From contig NW_024704746.1 of assembly GCF_018977255.1 (NCBI RefSeq), positions 46,128,001 to 46,192,000 of the forward strand: 64,000 nt of DNA, given 5' to 3'. Below, piece after piece: positions 25,330 to 37,628 of this stretch. Numbering within the stretch: position 1 is the first letter of the stretch; every line of letters begins with the position of its first letter. The notes under the pieces were generated by a model. That model searched no databases and was not told where the DNA came from. It was given only the letters and a program-made list of their open reading frames with translations. This DNA is from Callorhinchus milii. Lineage: Eukaryota. The position numbers and the translations under genes are program-made.

Positions 25330-25915
25330 CATAATAATCCTTGCATTTGATATAACGCCTTATCACATCATTGTGACATCTTGAAGTGTTTCACAGAATA
25401 TACTGTAAAGTGAATTGACTGTACAATACAAAATTACACTTCTACAGCGCCTTTCACATCAGGAAGACGTCCCAAGGTGCTGGACAGTCAGGGATTTGGA
25501 CCCGAGCGGGGTGGGGCGCGGGGGGCGGGGTCGGAGGGCAGGGGGGGTGGCTGAAAGAGCGGTCGAAGAAGAGGGTCTTCAAGCGTGTCTTGAAGGAGGC
25601 AAGTGAGGGAGCGAGGTAACATGGGATGGAGTGCCAAACATGGGGGCAGAGAGGCTGAAGGCAATGTGGGTGATATATAGCAGTGAATTGCGCACAGCAG
25701 TGGCCCACAAACAGTCGTGGATTGAGTGACCAAATTTTTTTTGAAGGCTTATTATCCCTGGAAAGCAATCCGCCAATCAGCTTATAGTCAGGTTCCTACT
25801 CACTGTTAGGTAAACAGGCATGAGGAGTAAGAAAACTTGCCTACAGTTTTGCCCTGCCTCGTAACTGAACCCAGGTCCTCTCACGCTAACCACTACGCTG
25901 TGTTACGGGACTCCT
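25330..25915 (-). mobile_element. SINE family A interrupted by an L2 tail (about 25425-25665)
   Basis: SINE tail, then a G-rich antisense L2 tail, then SINE core and head. Confidence 0.8.
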
Positions 25916-26009
25916 GATACCGAGTGGCTGCTCAGCAGCCTGCACAGCTGCTATTTCAGTAGTGAAAAGCTAACTCATTAAACTATTCCCGTCAAAGCCT
26001 TCTGAGGTG

Positions 26010-26370
26010 CCTGGAGAGCAACAGGGATGATCCCTAATGATAGAGAAATGAGACATGAACAATGATTGGACACTCTAGGGCTCTTTCATCTTGAAAGAGC
26101 GAGCGTTGTAGAGGTATACACGATTTCAAACCGGATTAAGAAAGTAAACACAAAACAATATTTTCAGATGTACTGAGACAATAAAACAAGAAGGCATTAT
26201 TACAATAATGTTATTGTTATTATTACATGGGTTTACAGTTGAAGAACAATTTCAGCACAAGTGGAAGTATTTCTTTACTCGGAGGGTAATCAACAGCAGG
26301 TACAAGTTGCTAGGAAAACTGAACTAATTTTTTTAAAAAAGGCTCGATGCTGTGATGGGATAAAATTGCT
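26010..26370 (+). mobile_element. Degenerate CR1 3' fragment
   Basis: ctagggctctttcatcttgaaaga..., tttctttactcggagggtaatcaac and aaaaggctcgatgctgtgatggg resemble a CR1 ORF2 end. Confidence 0.55.
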
Positions 26371-29076
26371 CATTCACTTCACACTTTGTGAGACGTTGCT
26401 GTGCACAAATAGGCAGCTGCATTCACCAAATTAAAAAACAACTAAAGTGTAGTCATTCCACTTTACAGTAAATCCTCAAGTGTTACCCGTCGAATACAGG
26501 TACCATTTACAATTTTTTTAATATCAGAAGCAAAATCCCCTTTTATCCCAAACTCACTCAGATAATATCGTGATATTTCCTTCCAGGACCAATTAGTGTC
26601 ACTCCTAAAATTGGTTGTAAGGCAAGAAGAAACACCTTATATAGAATGATCTTTGATGTTTAAATCAAAAGGGTGTTAAGTTTTTTGGGGACCAATGATT
26701 TGTGGTAACATATCAATTAAAAGTTATTTAGGAAAGAAAGGGAAGTGTGATTTAAGTATTGTTAATGCAGAGCTAAGAAACTAACTTATCTAGACTGGCA
26801 AAAATCCAAGCAAAAATATCTGTAGCAAAAAAACACAGGGCTGTGAAATCCTGTCAAAAATAACTGGTGCCAGGGGTATTGTTTGGTCAGGTTTTTGCAT
26901 GCTATTTAACTACTTTCAGCTGGCGTTCTTGTTTTTCTCTGGTACTTTTTGCAATCCTGTAGGCTACATACTTCCATTTCACATAAGGCCTATGACAATG
27001 TCAGGCAGATGTATCAAAGAACTTCACAGGATTTGTGACTGTAGTGTGGGTTAACCTGGCTCCGTTGGTAGCACTCTGGCATGCCTGGTTTCCATTTCGC
27101 CCACAAAATACACAGTTAAGCCACATTGCAGTATATCGTGTGAAGCGCTTTGAGGCGTCTTGATGACATGATAAGGTGCTATATAAGGCCCCTCCTTCCC
27201 CTCTTTTAGATCACGATTGAAGACCTTCCTTTTCAACTGTGCTTACGGTCACCTCCTCCCTCTTTCCGGCTTGGAGTCAGCCTCCACCACTGTTAAGCGC
27301 TCCGATACGCTGCCCCATGTGAAGGGATCTATATAAATGCAAGTTGTTGTTATATCAAATGCAAGTATTATTACTATTATTTACTCATCTTGTTGTTGCA
27401 TTTTGATGAAAATGTTGATGTTTTAACTTAGATTTCAGGTAATGTTTTGGAATACAGTATAAGGTCAGCAACATTTTATCTAAATAGTTGTGGCCCTCGA
27501 GTACATCCTTCTAAAGGAGAGACCGGGGAGTTCAGCTCTGATCCAAGGTGATGCTAGACTTAGAGCTCACAATTTTCTATCAGTTCTTAGAACTTTTCTG
27601 AGATAGTTATTTTTAAGGATTTATCATGAAGCCAGATGGTTGGCAACATCTCCAGAGGCATTTCTGCTTTTTGGCTAATACTGCAGCACATCTTTCATTA
27701 GAACAGAAAATTATTGGTGGGGGAACTAGAAAAAATGACATTGAAAGACTTGTAAGTATATCATGAGCAGCAAACTCGGTGAGATGTGTGCACTGATTAC
27801 TGTGGGAAACATGCATAAACAAGTAAACATGTTAAAAAAAAGCTATTAATTCTGATTTTAGTGGTGAATGACCAACAGGCATCTGAATTCTTGGGAAGAA
27901 AAATGGAGAAATTAAATACCATATGAAGTCTCGTGAAGACTGTAAGGTCGTGGGAACGAATCACCAAATGTGTATGTTGCAATGATGATATTGGGGTGGG
28001 ACATTGTAAGTAAACAGCAATGGAATCTGAGGTTCATTAAGGCTGTGTTGCGTTGGAAAAGTCTGGCCAACGAACCAATGTAAGATGCATCTGGTTGGAG
28101 GTAGAAAATTATCTTTGTAAATTGAACTAATGCTGTGCATCTCCACAATACGACATTGTCAGCTCGTTCCTACCCCCCCCCCCCCAAAAACAAATAGTGT
28201 TCTCACATAAATTGGTTTTGTATAATAACTTTGCAGAAAAATTAAAAGCAGAAACTTGCAACATCTTGCCAGACCTCAAAGCCGGCACCGCTGATTGGAA
28301 TACTCAATGCACATATGGTAAGTATAGGATTCTATTGTTCACACATGACCTCCGAATTCCCATTCAACCCAAGCTTCTGGCCTGAGAAAAGCTTATGTCA
28401 AAATTTTATCACAGTGCATATTATCAGCATAGAACTGCATGACATGAATGCCACTGAAGCTGCCCTTAACCACACTGGGAAAAGTTTACCCAACGCTTTT
28501 TTTTTTAAAAGAAAGCTTTACAAAATGTTAACTTTTACTTAGACAAACCATAAACACATGAATGAGAACATTTGTCCAAAATGAAGACAATTTGGTACAT
28601 AGATTACTAGTGTTTAAGGCACACAGCTAGTACTGGACCTAATTCATAACCTTTAGAAGTCAAATAAAATGCAGTACTTTGCAACAATACCTCAGCAGTT
28701 TTAACCATGCGACATAGTTGAAACTGCTGAGTTTCAACATCATACACTTACACATTCAACATCTACTGTTAATAGCAAACAGTGAACCTGCTGCTCCGAC
28801 ATGTCTCTGCCTCTTCGATGCAACTCTTCTCACATTATTCTTGCTTCTAATTTTCATTTATCAATTCTAAATGTTATTGTGGGAGCAGGCGATAACCTAC
28901 ATGCAGTGCTCCTGTTATGTGATATTAACACAACGAATGTGGTCAACATGTAGCTGGACGTCAATTTGTTGATCTTCCGGTAATGCATGATTAGCAAAAT
29001 GATATGAAAATATGAAATTTCTGCCATAAAAAAAGTAGTAGTAGTAATGTTGTTACAATTATTGTTTCACTATAAA

Positions 29077-29530
29077 GGTAAGGTCCCTAGCAGATAGATG
29101 AGGTGCTGTTCCTTGAGCGTGCGCTGTGGTTCATTGGAACAGTGTAGGAGACCATGGATGCAGAGGTCAGAGTGCGAGTGGGAGAGAGAGTTGAAGTGGC
29201 AAGAAACCGGAAGCTCAGGGTTGTGCTTGTGGACCGATTTGACAAATCGGTCACCCAATTTGGTTTCGTCTCCCCAATGTAGAGGGGCCCACATTGTGAG
29301 CAGCGAATGCAGTAAACTACATAGGTTCTAGTACACGTAAATCGCTGTCTCACGTGAAAACTGTGTTTGGGGCCCTGGACAGTGGTATGGGAAGTGAAAG
29401 GGCAGGTACTGCATCTCCTGCGCTGGCAAGGAAAAGTCTAGGGACCTTACCGCCCTCTGGCCTCAATACTGATTTCAATAATTTCTGACCATAACAACTC
29501 ACCTTCCCCCTCCCCCTCGTCTGTGACCAT
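29077..29530 (-). mobile_element. Penelope-like element GIY-YIG endonuclease fragment with internal inversion
   Basis: RQRFTCT..VVYCIRCSQCGPLYIGETK and PVSCHFNS..HS...EQHLIYLLGTL on the minus strand; the continuation LGTLPPSGLNTDFNNF* lies on the plus strand from 29438. Confidence 0.85.
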
Positions 29531-29552
29531 TACCACATCATCTGGGTCCCAA

Positions 29553-29835
29553 TCGACTGGCTCCGGCCTTCTACATATCCCTTGTCCCTCCATTCCACCA
29601 CTGGTGACCGCTCTTTCAACCACTACACCCCAAAACTCTGGAACACTCTTTCTCTCTCCCTCCGCCTTGCTCCTTCCTTCCCCATCTGCAGGTCATGCCT
29701 GAAGACCTTCTTTTTCAACCGTGCCTACAGTCACCTTCCCCTCTCCCCCGGCTTGGTGTCGTGCTCCACCAATGGTAAGCGCTCTGGGACGCTACCCTGT
29801 AAGGGGTGCTATACAAATGCAGGTTGTTGTTCTTG
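29553..29835 (+). mobile_element. L2 3' tail fragment
   Basis: STTGDRSFNHYTPKLWNTL..LKTFFF; tail aagcgctctgggac..gctatacaaatgcaggttgttgtt. Confidence 0.8.
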
Positions 29836-32800
29836 TTGTACCATGACCGTCACATTGTAATACGACTACCATGACGCCATGAGAATAATGCTAATAACAG
29901 TAATAATCCTTACATATGAAATGGCATCTTTTATGTTTCAAATGATTTACTGCAAAGTGCAATGACTGTGTATTTTGTTGGCAAACTTAGGAGCCAGTCA
30001 GGAAAGTGAACGATCAATTTTATTGCTGGCATTATTGGCCAAGACACCGGGAGAAATTCCCTAACTGAGAAAAATCTGAGAAAAGCAGATGAACCAAGTG
30101 GTGAAAAAATTGCTATTCTTTTTGAAAGACCATTTATCTTCATGCCTTACTCTGCATAAATCCTTCCACAGACTTGGTTATGACATCAACAATTGGTTTC
30201 CCCCTCCTACACACACCACTCTTTCCAACCCTTTCTTCCAAACTTCATGGTGGCACAGACTAGGTTTTAGTGGATAATGAGTATTGCTCTGAATTTTTCC
30301 TTTATGCTCCAATAGTGAACAAAATTGTCCTATCTTGCCATGAAATACCACTTAACTCAAAGCTGTGCCTGTTGTGGGAACAGTGAAATATTTTCTGGTT
30401 AACCTGGCAACAGCTAAGATATCCTTACGCACGACTGCCACTGCATTAGCTACGCACAATGGACCAAGAACAAATACGTTGCTGTGCTCAATTGGCTGCA
30501 GGGTTTCGCCCACAAACCAGTCGAGCCATTTTACAATATTTTCTGTAAAGCGCTTCGAGACGTCTCAATGATGTGATAAGGCACTATATCAAATGCAAGG
30601 CTTATCATTATTATTGTCAAACAGTTCTCTAGATACTGAGCAACTGGGTTTTCAGAAATCTTGAAACAGAAAAGCCTTGTCAATTTAAAACTGACACAAA
30701 AATAATTAACTTTTTAAATTTTACGTCATGAACAGACTGAAAGCTTTTAGTTTGTAGCCTTTTGTGTAATACAGTATTATTTCTGAAAGCTTGAAAGGGA
30801 ACACACATTTTTGCTCTTTTTAAATAATGTTTTTTCTTCTTTCCTCCACCCACAGATCGAGTGCCAAGTCCTTAGTCTCTAACGCCAAGCACTGATTCTT
30901 CAGCTTTTCTTAGCATGGAAATACCTTGCCTTGCTTCAGTCTCTTTTCTCAATGCCACAGCAGAAACTTCAAACTCACTCATGGGTGTAAATCACAGATC
31001 TGCCATTCTGTGACACAGGAAGATGCAGTTTCACAGTCTGACGTTTGCAAGAGACAAGTAAAAGGGAAATCCTAGAGTCAACATTATTCCACGATAAGCC
31101 ACAACACAGATATGATTGGCACAAAAATTCCAGTTTTTCTCAAATGCAATAAATGCTGCCACAACAATGCACTCAAGCTTAGCCCTGTACTTTTAAACCA
31201 CACAGTACTTTGTATTGCTTCATATTTAATCACACACCTCTCATAAGTTTTCAGTTACATTATTCCGTATATTAAATCTCAAGTGGTTTTGGCATCGTGA
31301 TGGGATTGCTGCAGTTGCGGAGAGCAAAAAGCAAAAGCAATTCTTAATGTCTCAAACCCACAAGCCAGTTTCCAAATTGGTGTTTGTCCTACATATTCAT
31401 CCTTCCCCAAGGACACCACCAAAGGTTCTTCCAGAGGCTGTTGGAATGTCTATGATAACCATTCCGCCATTTTCAGCCGGACCACATTCAAGAAGGCAGC
31501 TCATATCTCGTGGGTTTCCAGTTATATTTCATGAAATGGTACATGATAAGGAGTTACTCAAATTGGCCACTGAAACTGAAATACAAAGATTATTTACAAT
31601 TGATTGCTGCTAGCGAGAATCTGGTGCAACAAAGAGGCTCAGGGTGGTATGCATCCCTTCAGAAGTGAAATCCTGAAACCCACGGTCACAGTGCAGCCGA
31701 TTCCAAGTAAAGTATCAGCGCCAGCGTTTCCCGCTCAGAATGCTTTTCCCAGTGAACCAAAGAACTTTCAGGATTTCATGGTTCACAGGGCAAAAGCTTC
31801 CTGAGGGGGGAATGAATCCTCTTTAAGAAACTTGATGCATCTAAGTGTTATTTCCCAGCAATGCACTGTGAAGTACATACCAAGAATTCTGCATCAATTA
31901 CTACTACACAACATAATGTTCCAGAGTAGATGTCATCGTGCATCTTCAATGTCAGCCACAAAGCCTGAAAGCAAAGCACCTTCTGTGCGCCAGCAGAAGA
32001 GACTGCATTTTTGTGCTGAACTATTATAAAAAATTGTATCTGTCTGTTGCAAGGGGGTCATTATTTTCATCCAAGTACCATGTTGGGGTTTATGTGAATG
32101 CCCTCCTAGGATCAGGAGTTTGCTGTAGTCTCCCAAACTTTTATTGCAAATGAGAATTGGCCTACTCCTCAGGGGCTATCGAGGGATTAAAAAGCCTCAG
32201 TGATGTTGGTCAATTCTCCTTGCTTTTCTTTTAACTATTTGTCAACTACCAATACTCTCTGTACAGGTTTATACAGAAGGAATGGTTATGTGTCACTAAA
32301 AATATAAGCTCTCCGAGACACTGTCCCACATAAATAAAGAGCGCTCTATAAATGCAAGTTGCTTTTGTAAAAATAAAGCTCCAAGTGGTTTACAAATGCA
32401 AAATGATCTGGATTATTGTTTCTATAGCATGACTGTTTACGTTATAAGTAGTATTCTGTTGTGTGCCAGCAGGCTGAGGTCAGCCTCACCACTCCATCAC
32501 CTTTATTTGTACTTGTACCTTCTTTATCCTCCTTTCATCTCTTCGCCCTTCATCTGCACAGCATTACCCAGGCCATAAAGCCAGCCAGACAAACCTCTCA
32601 AAATGCAGCTACCGATACTAGAAGCAATGAGTTATGGTGGTGAAATTTAATCACATATTCTAACTTCCTCCCTATGAAGAAGCCCCCAACACTCATGTTG
32701 TAAAACCTTCCATCTCCCCTCAGCCCGACAGAAATACGCTCAGTGGGAAACCATAGAACCAAATGCCCCACATCATCTCAGAAGTTGATTTGGCTGGTGA

Positions 32801-33221
32801 AATTTGAAAGCTGGGATGAACAGAGAAAGCCCTACTTTTGATTTTGGATTATCTCAAGACCCTCCTCTTCAACCGCGCCTTTGGCCGTCCTTCTACACTC
32901 CCTGGTCCCAACCAAATCCCTGACTGTCCAGCGCCTTGGGACGTCCTCCCAACATGAAAGGCACTAACCATACTGTACGATACATTTCCCGATCTCAACC
33001 CAAAGTTCCATGGATTGTTATCTGAAGAACACTGCTGTTAAGGCAGCATTTGTTAACAGTAGGTAAGGGCAAGAGAGAGCTCAGTTGTAATGCCTTAGTT
33101 AGAATATTCTGTTCCTCCAAATCTTGCCGATGAGCCAGGATGGCTGCTGTCATCAGACTGTGGACTCGCCTGGATCAGGAATCGGACAACTAAAACTGTC
33201 TTGACTTGATCCTGACATTCT

Positions 33222-34480
33222 GTGGTTAAGGGGGTGATAGGGTCACGAAGCCTGGTGCGGGAGGACACGGGCTACAGAGTTCTGGATGATCTGCAGCCTA
33301 TAGAGGGAGGAGTTGGGGAGGCCGACAAGCAAGGAGTTTGTGTAGTCGAGCTGGATGTTATGAATGCGTGTACAAGAGTCTCAGCGGCCTGCGCTGTGAG
33401 ACAGTGGTGGAGCCGGGCGATGTTGCAGAGGTGGGGGAAGGCAGAGCGGATCATGGGCGCATGTGAAGTAGAAAGGATAGTTGAGGATATGGATATTGAA
33501 GAGGAGGGGAGCGAGGACAGAGCCCTGAGGAACGCCGCACAAGACGGTGAGGGGGCTAGAGGAGAAGCCGTTTGTGGAGATGAAGTGGACATGGTGTAAG
33601 AGGTAGAATCTGAATTAGTCAAGGACGGAACCATGAATGATGAGGTCAGAGGAGAGGTGGTGAAGGAGGATAGAGTGGTTAACGGTATCGAAGGCAGCAG
33701 AGAGGTCAAGGAGGATGAGGAGGCAGAGGGAGATCTGGTCACAGATTGACAAAATGTAATTTGTCAGTTTGACCAACGCTGTTTCTGTGCTTTGGGGGGT
33801 ACGGAAACCCGACTGGAGGGGCTTGTGAAGAGAGTGGCAGGAGAGGAAAGAGGAAGCAACGACACGTACCAGGACCTTGGAAAGGAAAGAGAGGTTAGAG
33901 AAGGGGTGGTAATTTGAGAGCAGGGATGGGTGCAGTGAGTTTTTTTTAGGATACGAGTGAAAATGGCAGTTTTTAAAGGGGGGAAACTGTGCCAGTGAAC
34001 AGGGAAAAGTTTATGATGTCTGTGAGCAAGGGGCTAAGGAGGTGGAGCTGGGAGGTAAGGAGAGGGGTAGGGTTGGGGTCGAGGGAGCAGGTGGTCGGTT
34101 TCATGTGAGTTATGGTGGTGGTGGTGAGAGAGGAGTGGGAGGCAGGTTCAATGGTGTGGAGGGAGGGGTGATTAGGGGCCGGGGTGGGAGGGGGAAAATG
34201 GGGAGGGGGTAGTCGTCGGAAGGGCAGAAGCAGCTGAGCGGATCCCCTCGACTTTGGTTTCGAGGAAGTCCAGCATCTCCTCGCAGCTGCCGTTGGCAAA
34301 GAGGATGGGGGAGGTGTGAGAGGGTGGGCAGAAGAGCCTGTTGGTGATGGCGAAGAGGAGCTTGGGGTTGTCCTTGGCCTCCAAAATTCTCTTGGGAGTA
34401 GAAGGACAATTTAGCGGAAGTAAGGGCGGAGAGGTAAGTTTTGATAAGGTCCAGCCAGATCTGGACATCAGCTTATTGGT
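33222..34480 (-). mobile_element. L2 LINE reverse transcriptase fragment, internally deleted
   Basis: TTCSLDPNPTPLL, LTDIINFSL.TG, LDLSAAFDTV-like and LVHAFITS motifs across frames; purine-rich plus strand typical of antisense L2. Confidence 0.85.
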
Positions 34481-34754
34481 GAACAGCATAACTCATGCCA
34501 CCATCTTCCTGCCCACAGCTCCAATACACACACCCTGAGCAATGGCTGCATTAGTTGGAAGTGTACAGCTTGGACAACAGCTGCTAATCTCTGCACACCA
34601 ATCAAGTGGATACCAGGTTCCAGATATATAAGCACAAACACTGCATCCAGGTAATACCTTCCTGCAGCTGTTATCCCTAACCTCAGTTGAGTTTTTTATA
34701 ACATAGCATATATAACATGAGCAGTATAACATACGTATCTCATTGATACTAAAC

Positions 34755-36365
34755 TACAGACCAAGTAAGTTTGATGTCCATTGTAGGTAAAAGTATGGAA
34801 ACTCTTATTGAGGATAAAATCATGGAGCATCTGGACAGAAATAAAATCATAAATGATAGCCAATATGGATTTATGAAGGGGAGGTATTGCCAATTTAATT
34901 TATTGATTTTCTTTGATGGTGTGACAAGGAAGCTTGATAAGGATAAGGCTGTGGATGTTGAATATCTGGATTTCAGTAACGCCTTTGATACAGTTCCTCT
35001 TGAGAGGCTGATACTGAAAGTAAAGAAAGCGGGAATCAGTGGAGGTATATTACAAATGGATATGCTACTGGTTGACAGGGAGAGCCAAGAGGGTGGTGGT
35101 ACAGGGAATGTCATCAGACTGGGAAAATGTTACCAGTGGAGTTCCATAAGGGTCTGTTTGGTGACCTTTTGTTTAATATTTTTATAAATGATCTGGAACC
35201 AAGGGTCGTGAGCACAGTAGCTAAGTTTGCAGATGATATCAAGCTACTGAAGGTGGTAGATTGCGAAGCTGAACAAGATAGGTTACAGGAGGATTTGAAC
35301 ATACCTGGGAATTTGGCAGATCAGTGGCAGATTAAATTCAATGTGGAGAAATATAAAGTATTTCACATGGGGACAAAAAATCCTGGGACTATTATTTGAA
35401 AGGAAGGAAAATAATATGTATGGAAAATGAAAAGGACCTGGGGTCCTGATTGACAACAATAATAAATAATCCTTGCATTTGATATAGCGCTTTTCACGGC
35501 TTCTAGACGTCTCAAAGCGCTTCACAGAATATACAGTAAAGTGAATTGACAGTATATTTTGTGAGCAAAACGTGGCAGCCAATTGCGCACAGCAGTGTCC
35601 CACAAACAATCGTGGAATCAAAACGCGGTCTCTCGCTTGCGAGGCAAGTGCTCTAACCACTGAGCTACAGGACTCCTGCAGGACAATAAATTGAAGCTCT
35701 CCCAACAATGCTCTGTGACAGTGAGTAAAGCAAACCAGATGTTGGAATGTATCAAAAGATCAATAGCAAACTGAAATAGTGGGGTAATCCAGCCACTGTA
35801 TAAATCATTGATGAGGCCATACTTAGAGTACTGTGTACAGTTCTGGTCACCGCAGTACAAAAAGGATATTGGAGAAATCGAGAAGATACAGAGGAGGTTA
35901 ACCAAAATGAATGAGGGAATGGAAGGACTGGACTATGAGGAGTGACTAAATAAATTGGGCATATTCACGCTGGAAGAGAAGATGGAGAGGTGACATGATT
36001 ACTGTCTTTAAGATTCTAAAGGGGAAAAACAATATAGATCATGACAGGCTGTTTCAACTTGTCCAGAATAGTGAAACCAGAGGACATGGCCTGTGATTGA
36101 AGTGGTGTAAATTCAGAACAAATCTACACAAAACACTATTTCAGTGCGTGAATAGTGAATCTGTGGAACAGGCTCCCCAGGGAGACGGTTGAGGGAGGAA
36201 GTGGAATTCTTTCAAATACAGATTAGATAGTTTTCTTTCAGGAAATAACATTATGGGATATAGTACATGGGTAGTTCGGGACATATGTGCAGGCGACCGC
36301 CAGGAAGGTGGAAGGCGAACTGATCTTTTTTTGTCTAGAATTTCTTATATTCATATGTTCTTATG
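34755..36365 (+). mobile_element. CR1 LINE 3' portion (RT domain and tail), interrupted by a SINE
   Basis: SIVGKSMETLI, SQYGFMKGR, YLDFSNAFDTVP, LFNIFINDL, KFADDIKL and RPYLEYCVQFWSP motifs; tail ends ..tatgttcttatg. Confidence 0.9.
35455..35676 (-). mobile_element. SINE family A, internally deleted, inserted in CR1
   Basis: Head joined directly to core and tail; CR1 sequence on both sides. Confidence 0.85.
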
Positions 36366-36436
36366 CTCCAACACAATATGCCACTGCCCTCATTGTGAGA
36401 AACCTTAACAGAAAGGCCAAAGGAAGTTTTGCTTGC

Positions 36437-36634
36437 CTTATGAGATTCTGGTTCTTGCCACATTGCACGCAAGCATTTCGGAGACAGCGGAAGCATTCAG
36501 CACTCAACTGCAAACGAGCTGCAAGTTGCTCATTTCTATTATCATTTGGATCTTCAGTGAACAGCTCCATCTCAGTCAACTGTATCTTCAGAATGTGTTT
36601 AAGACTTTCAAATACACATTGTGTTGCCTCCTCC
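36437..36634 (-). CDS. ATXN10: ATXN10 exon 2 (EEATQCVFESLKHILK...ECFRCLRNACVQCGKNQNLIR)
   Basis: Acceptor ttttactttgaag; conserved ECFRCLRNAC motif; ends AG|gcaagc (GC donor), phase 2. Confidence 0.93.
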
Positions 36635-37057
36635 CTTCAAAGTAAAAGATAAAAAAAATCAGCACAATTATATACAGTACTGTGGAAAACAATCAGTGAC
36701 AGTCTGTATTAGGTTAAAGAGAGCAATTCACACATATCTGGCATTATATTGTTCAGCTCATGTCTTGGGACCCAAGAACATTGTATCACTGTGAACATAC
36801 CCTTTGTCAGCAGCAAATGTATATTACGCACAGCAATGGACTTCTCTTTAGAGGGATTGTCCCCAGATTTCCCACTCCTGCCTCCAAAGTTATTTCTGCT
36901 GAACCAAGGGTATAAGCAGGGCCAATAGAAAATTGCAGAAATGTTTGCCAAAAATTGCAGGGCATTTGACAAATTTCGTGGAAACTTGGGGAGAAACTTG
37001 ATAAAATTGAGGAGGGTTGACGGGTGCAATTGAGACGCATTTTGCTGCTAACCTACA

Positions 37058-37410
37058 GTGGAGTCCTGTAGTTCAGTGGTTAGAGCGCTCTCCTCACAAG
37101 CAAGACTTGGTTCGATTCCCAGCAGGGCAAAATGTTGGGCAAGTTTCCTTACTCCACATGCCTCTGTTCACCTAGCAGTAAGTAGGAACCTGGCTGTTAG
37201 TCGATTGGTGGATCACTTTTCCAGGGTAATAATTCCTTCCAAAAAAATAATAAATTGGTCACTCAATCCACAACTGTTTGTAAGACACTGCTGTGTGCAA
37301 CTGGTTACCGCTTTTCGCCCACAAAATATAGTCAATTCACTTGACAGTATATTGTGTGAAGTGCTGAGATGTCTCGAAGACTGATAAGACGCTTGTCAAA
37401 TGCAAGGAAT
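37058..37410 (+). mobile_element. SINE family A, nested in the hAT element
   Basis: Same head, core and tail as the 23494-23870 copy. Confidence 0.88.
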
Positions 37411-37628
37411 TTTTTTTTCACGTTATTGTTAAAAGCTAAACATGAAGAAATAACACATCATACTAGATTGTTGGGAAAAAAACAATTTATTAATGTTTTC
37501 TTCAACAAAAACCAGAACATAACACCTTTCAAAAGATGCAAAACTACAGTTTGAACAGTTTGCAGAGAAACTAAAATTTTCTAACTCAAATTTTCACAGA
37601 AACAAACTGAAAATTCTCAGCCAAATGT

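Noticed and set aside
24821-30860. Strong plus-strand acceptor-like sites at 24845 and 30855 (antisense exons)
   Set aside because: Isolated motifs with no linked ORF or homology; expected by chance in 64 kb.
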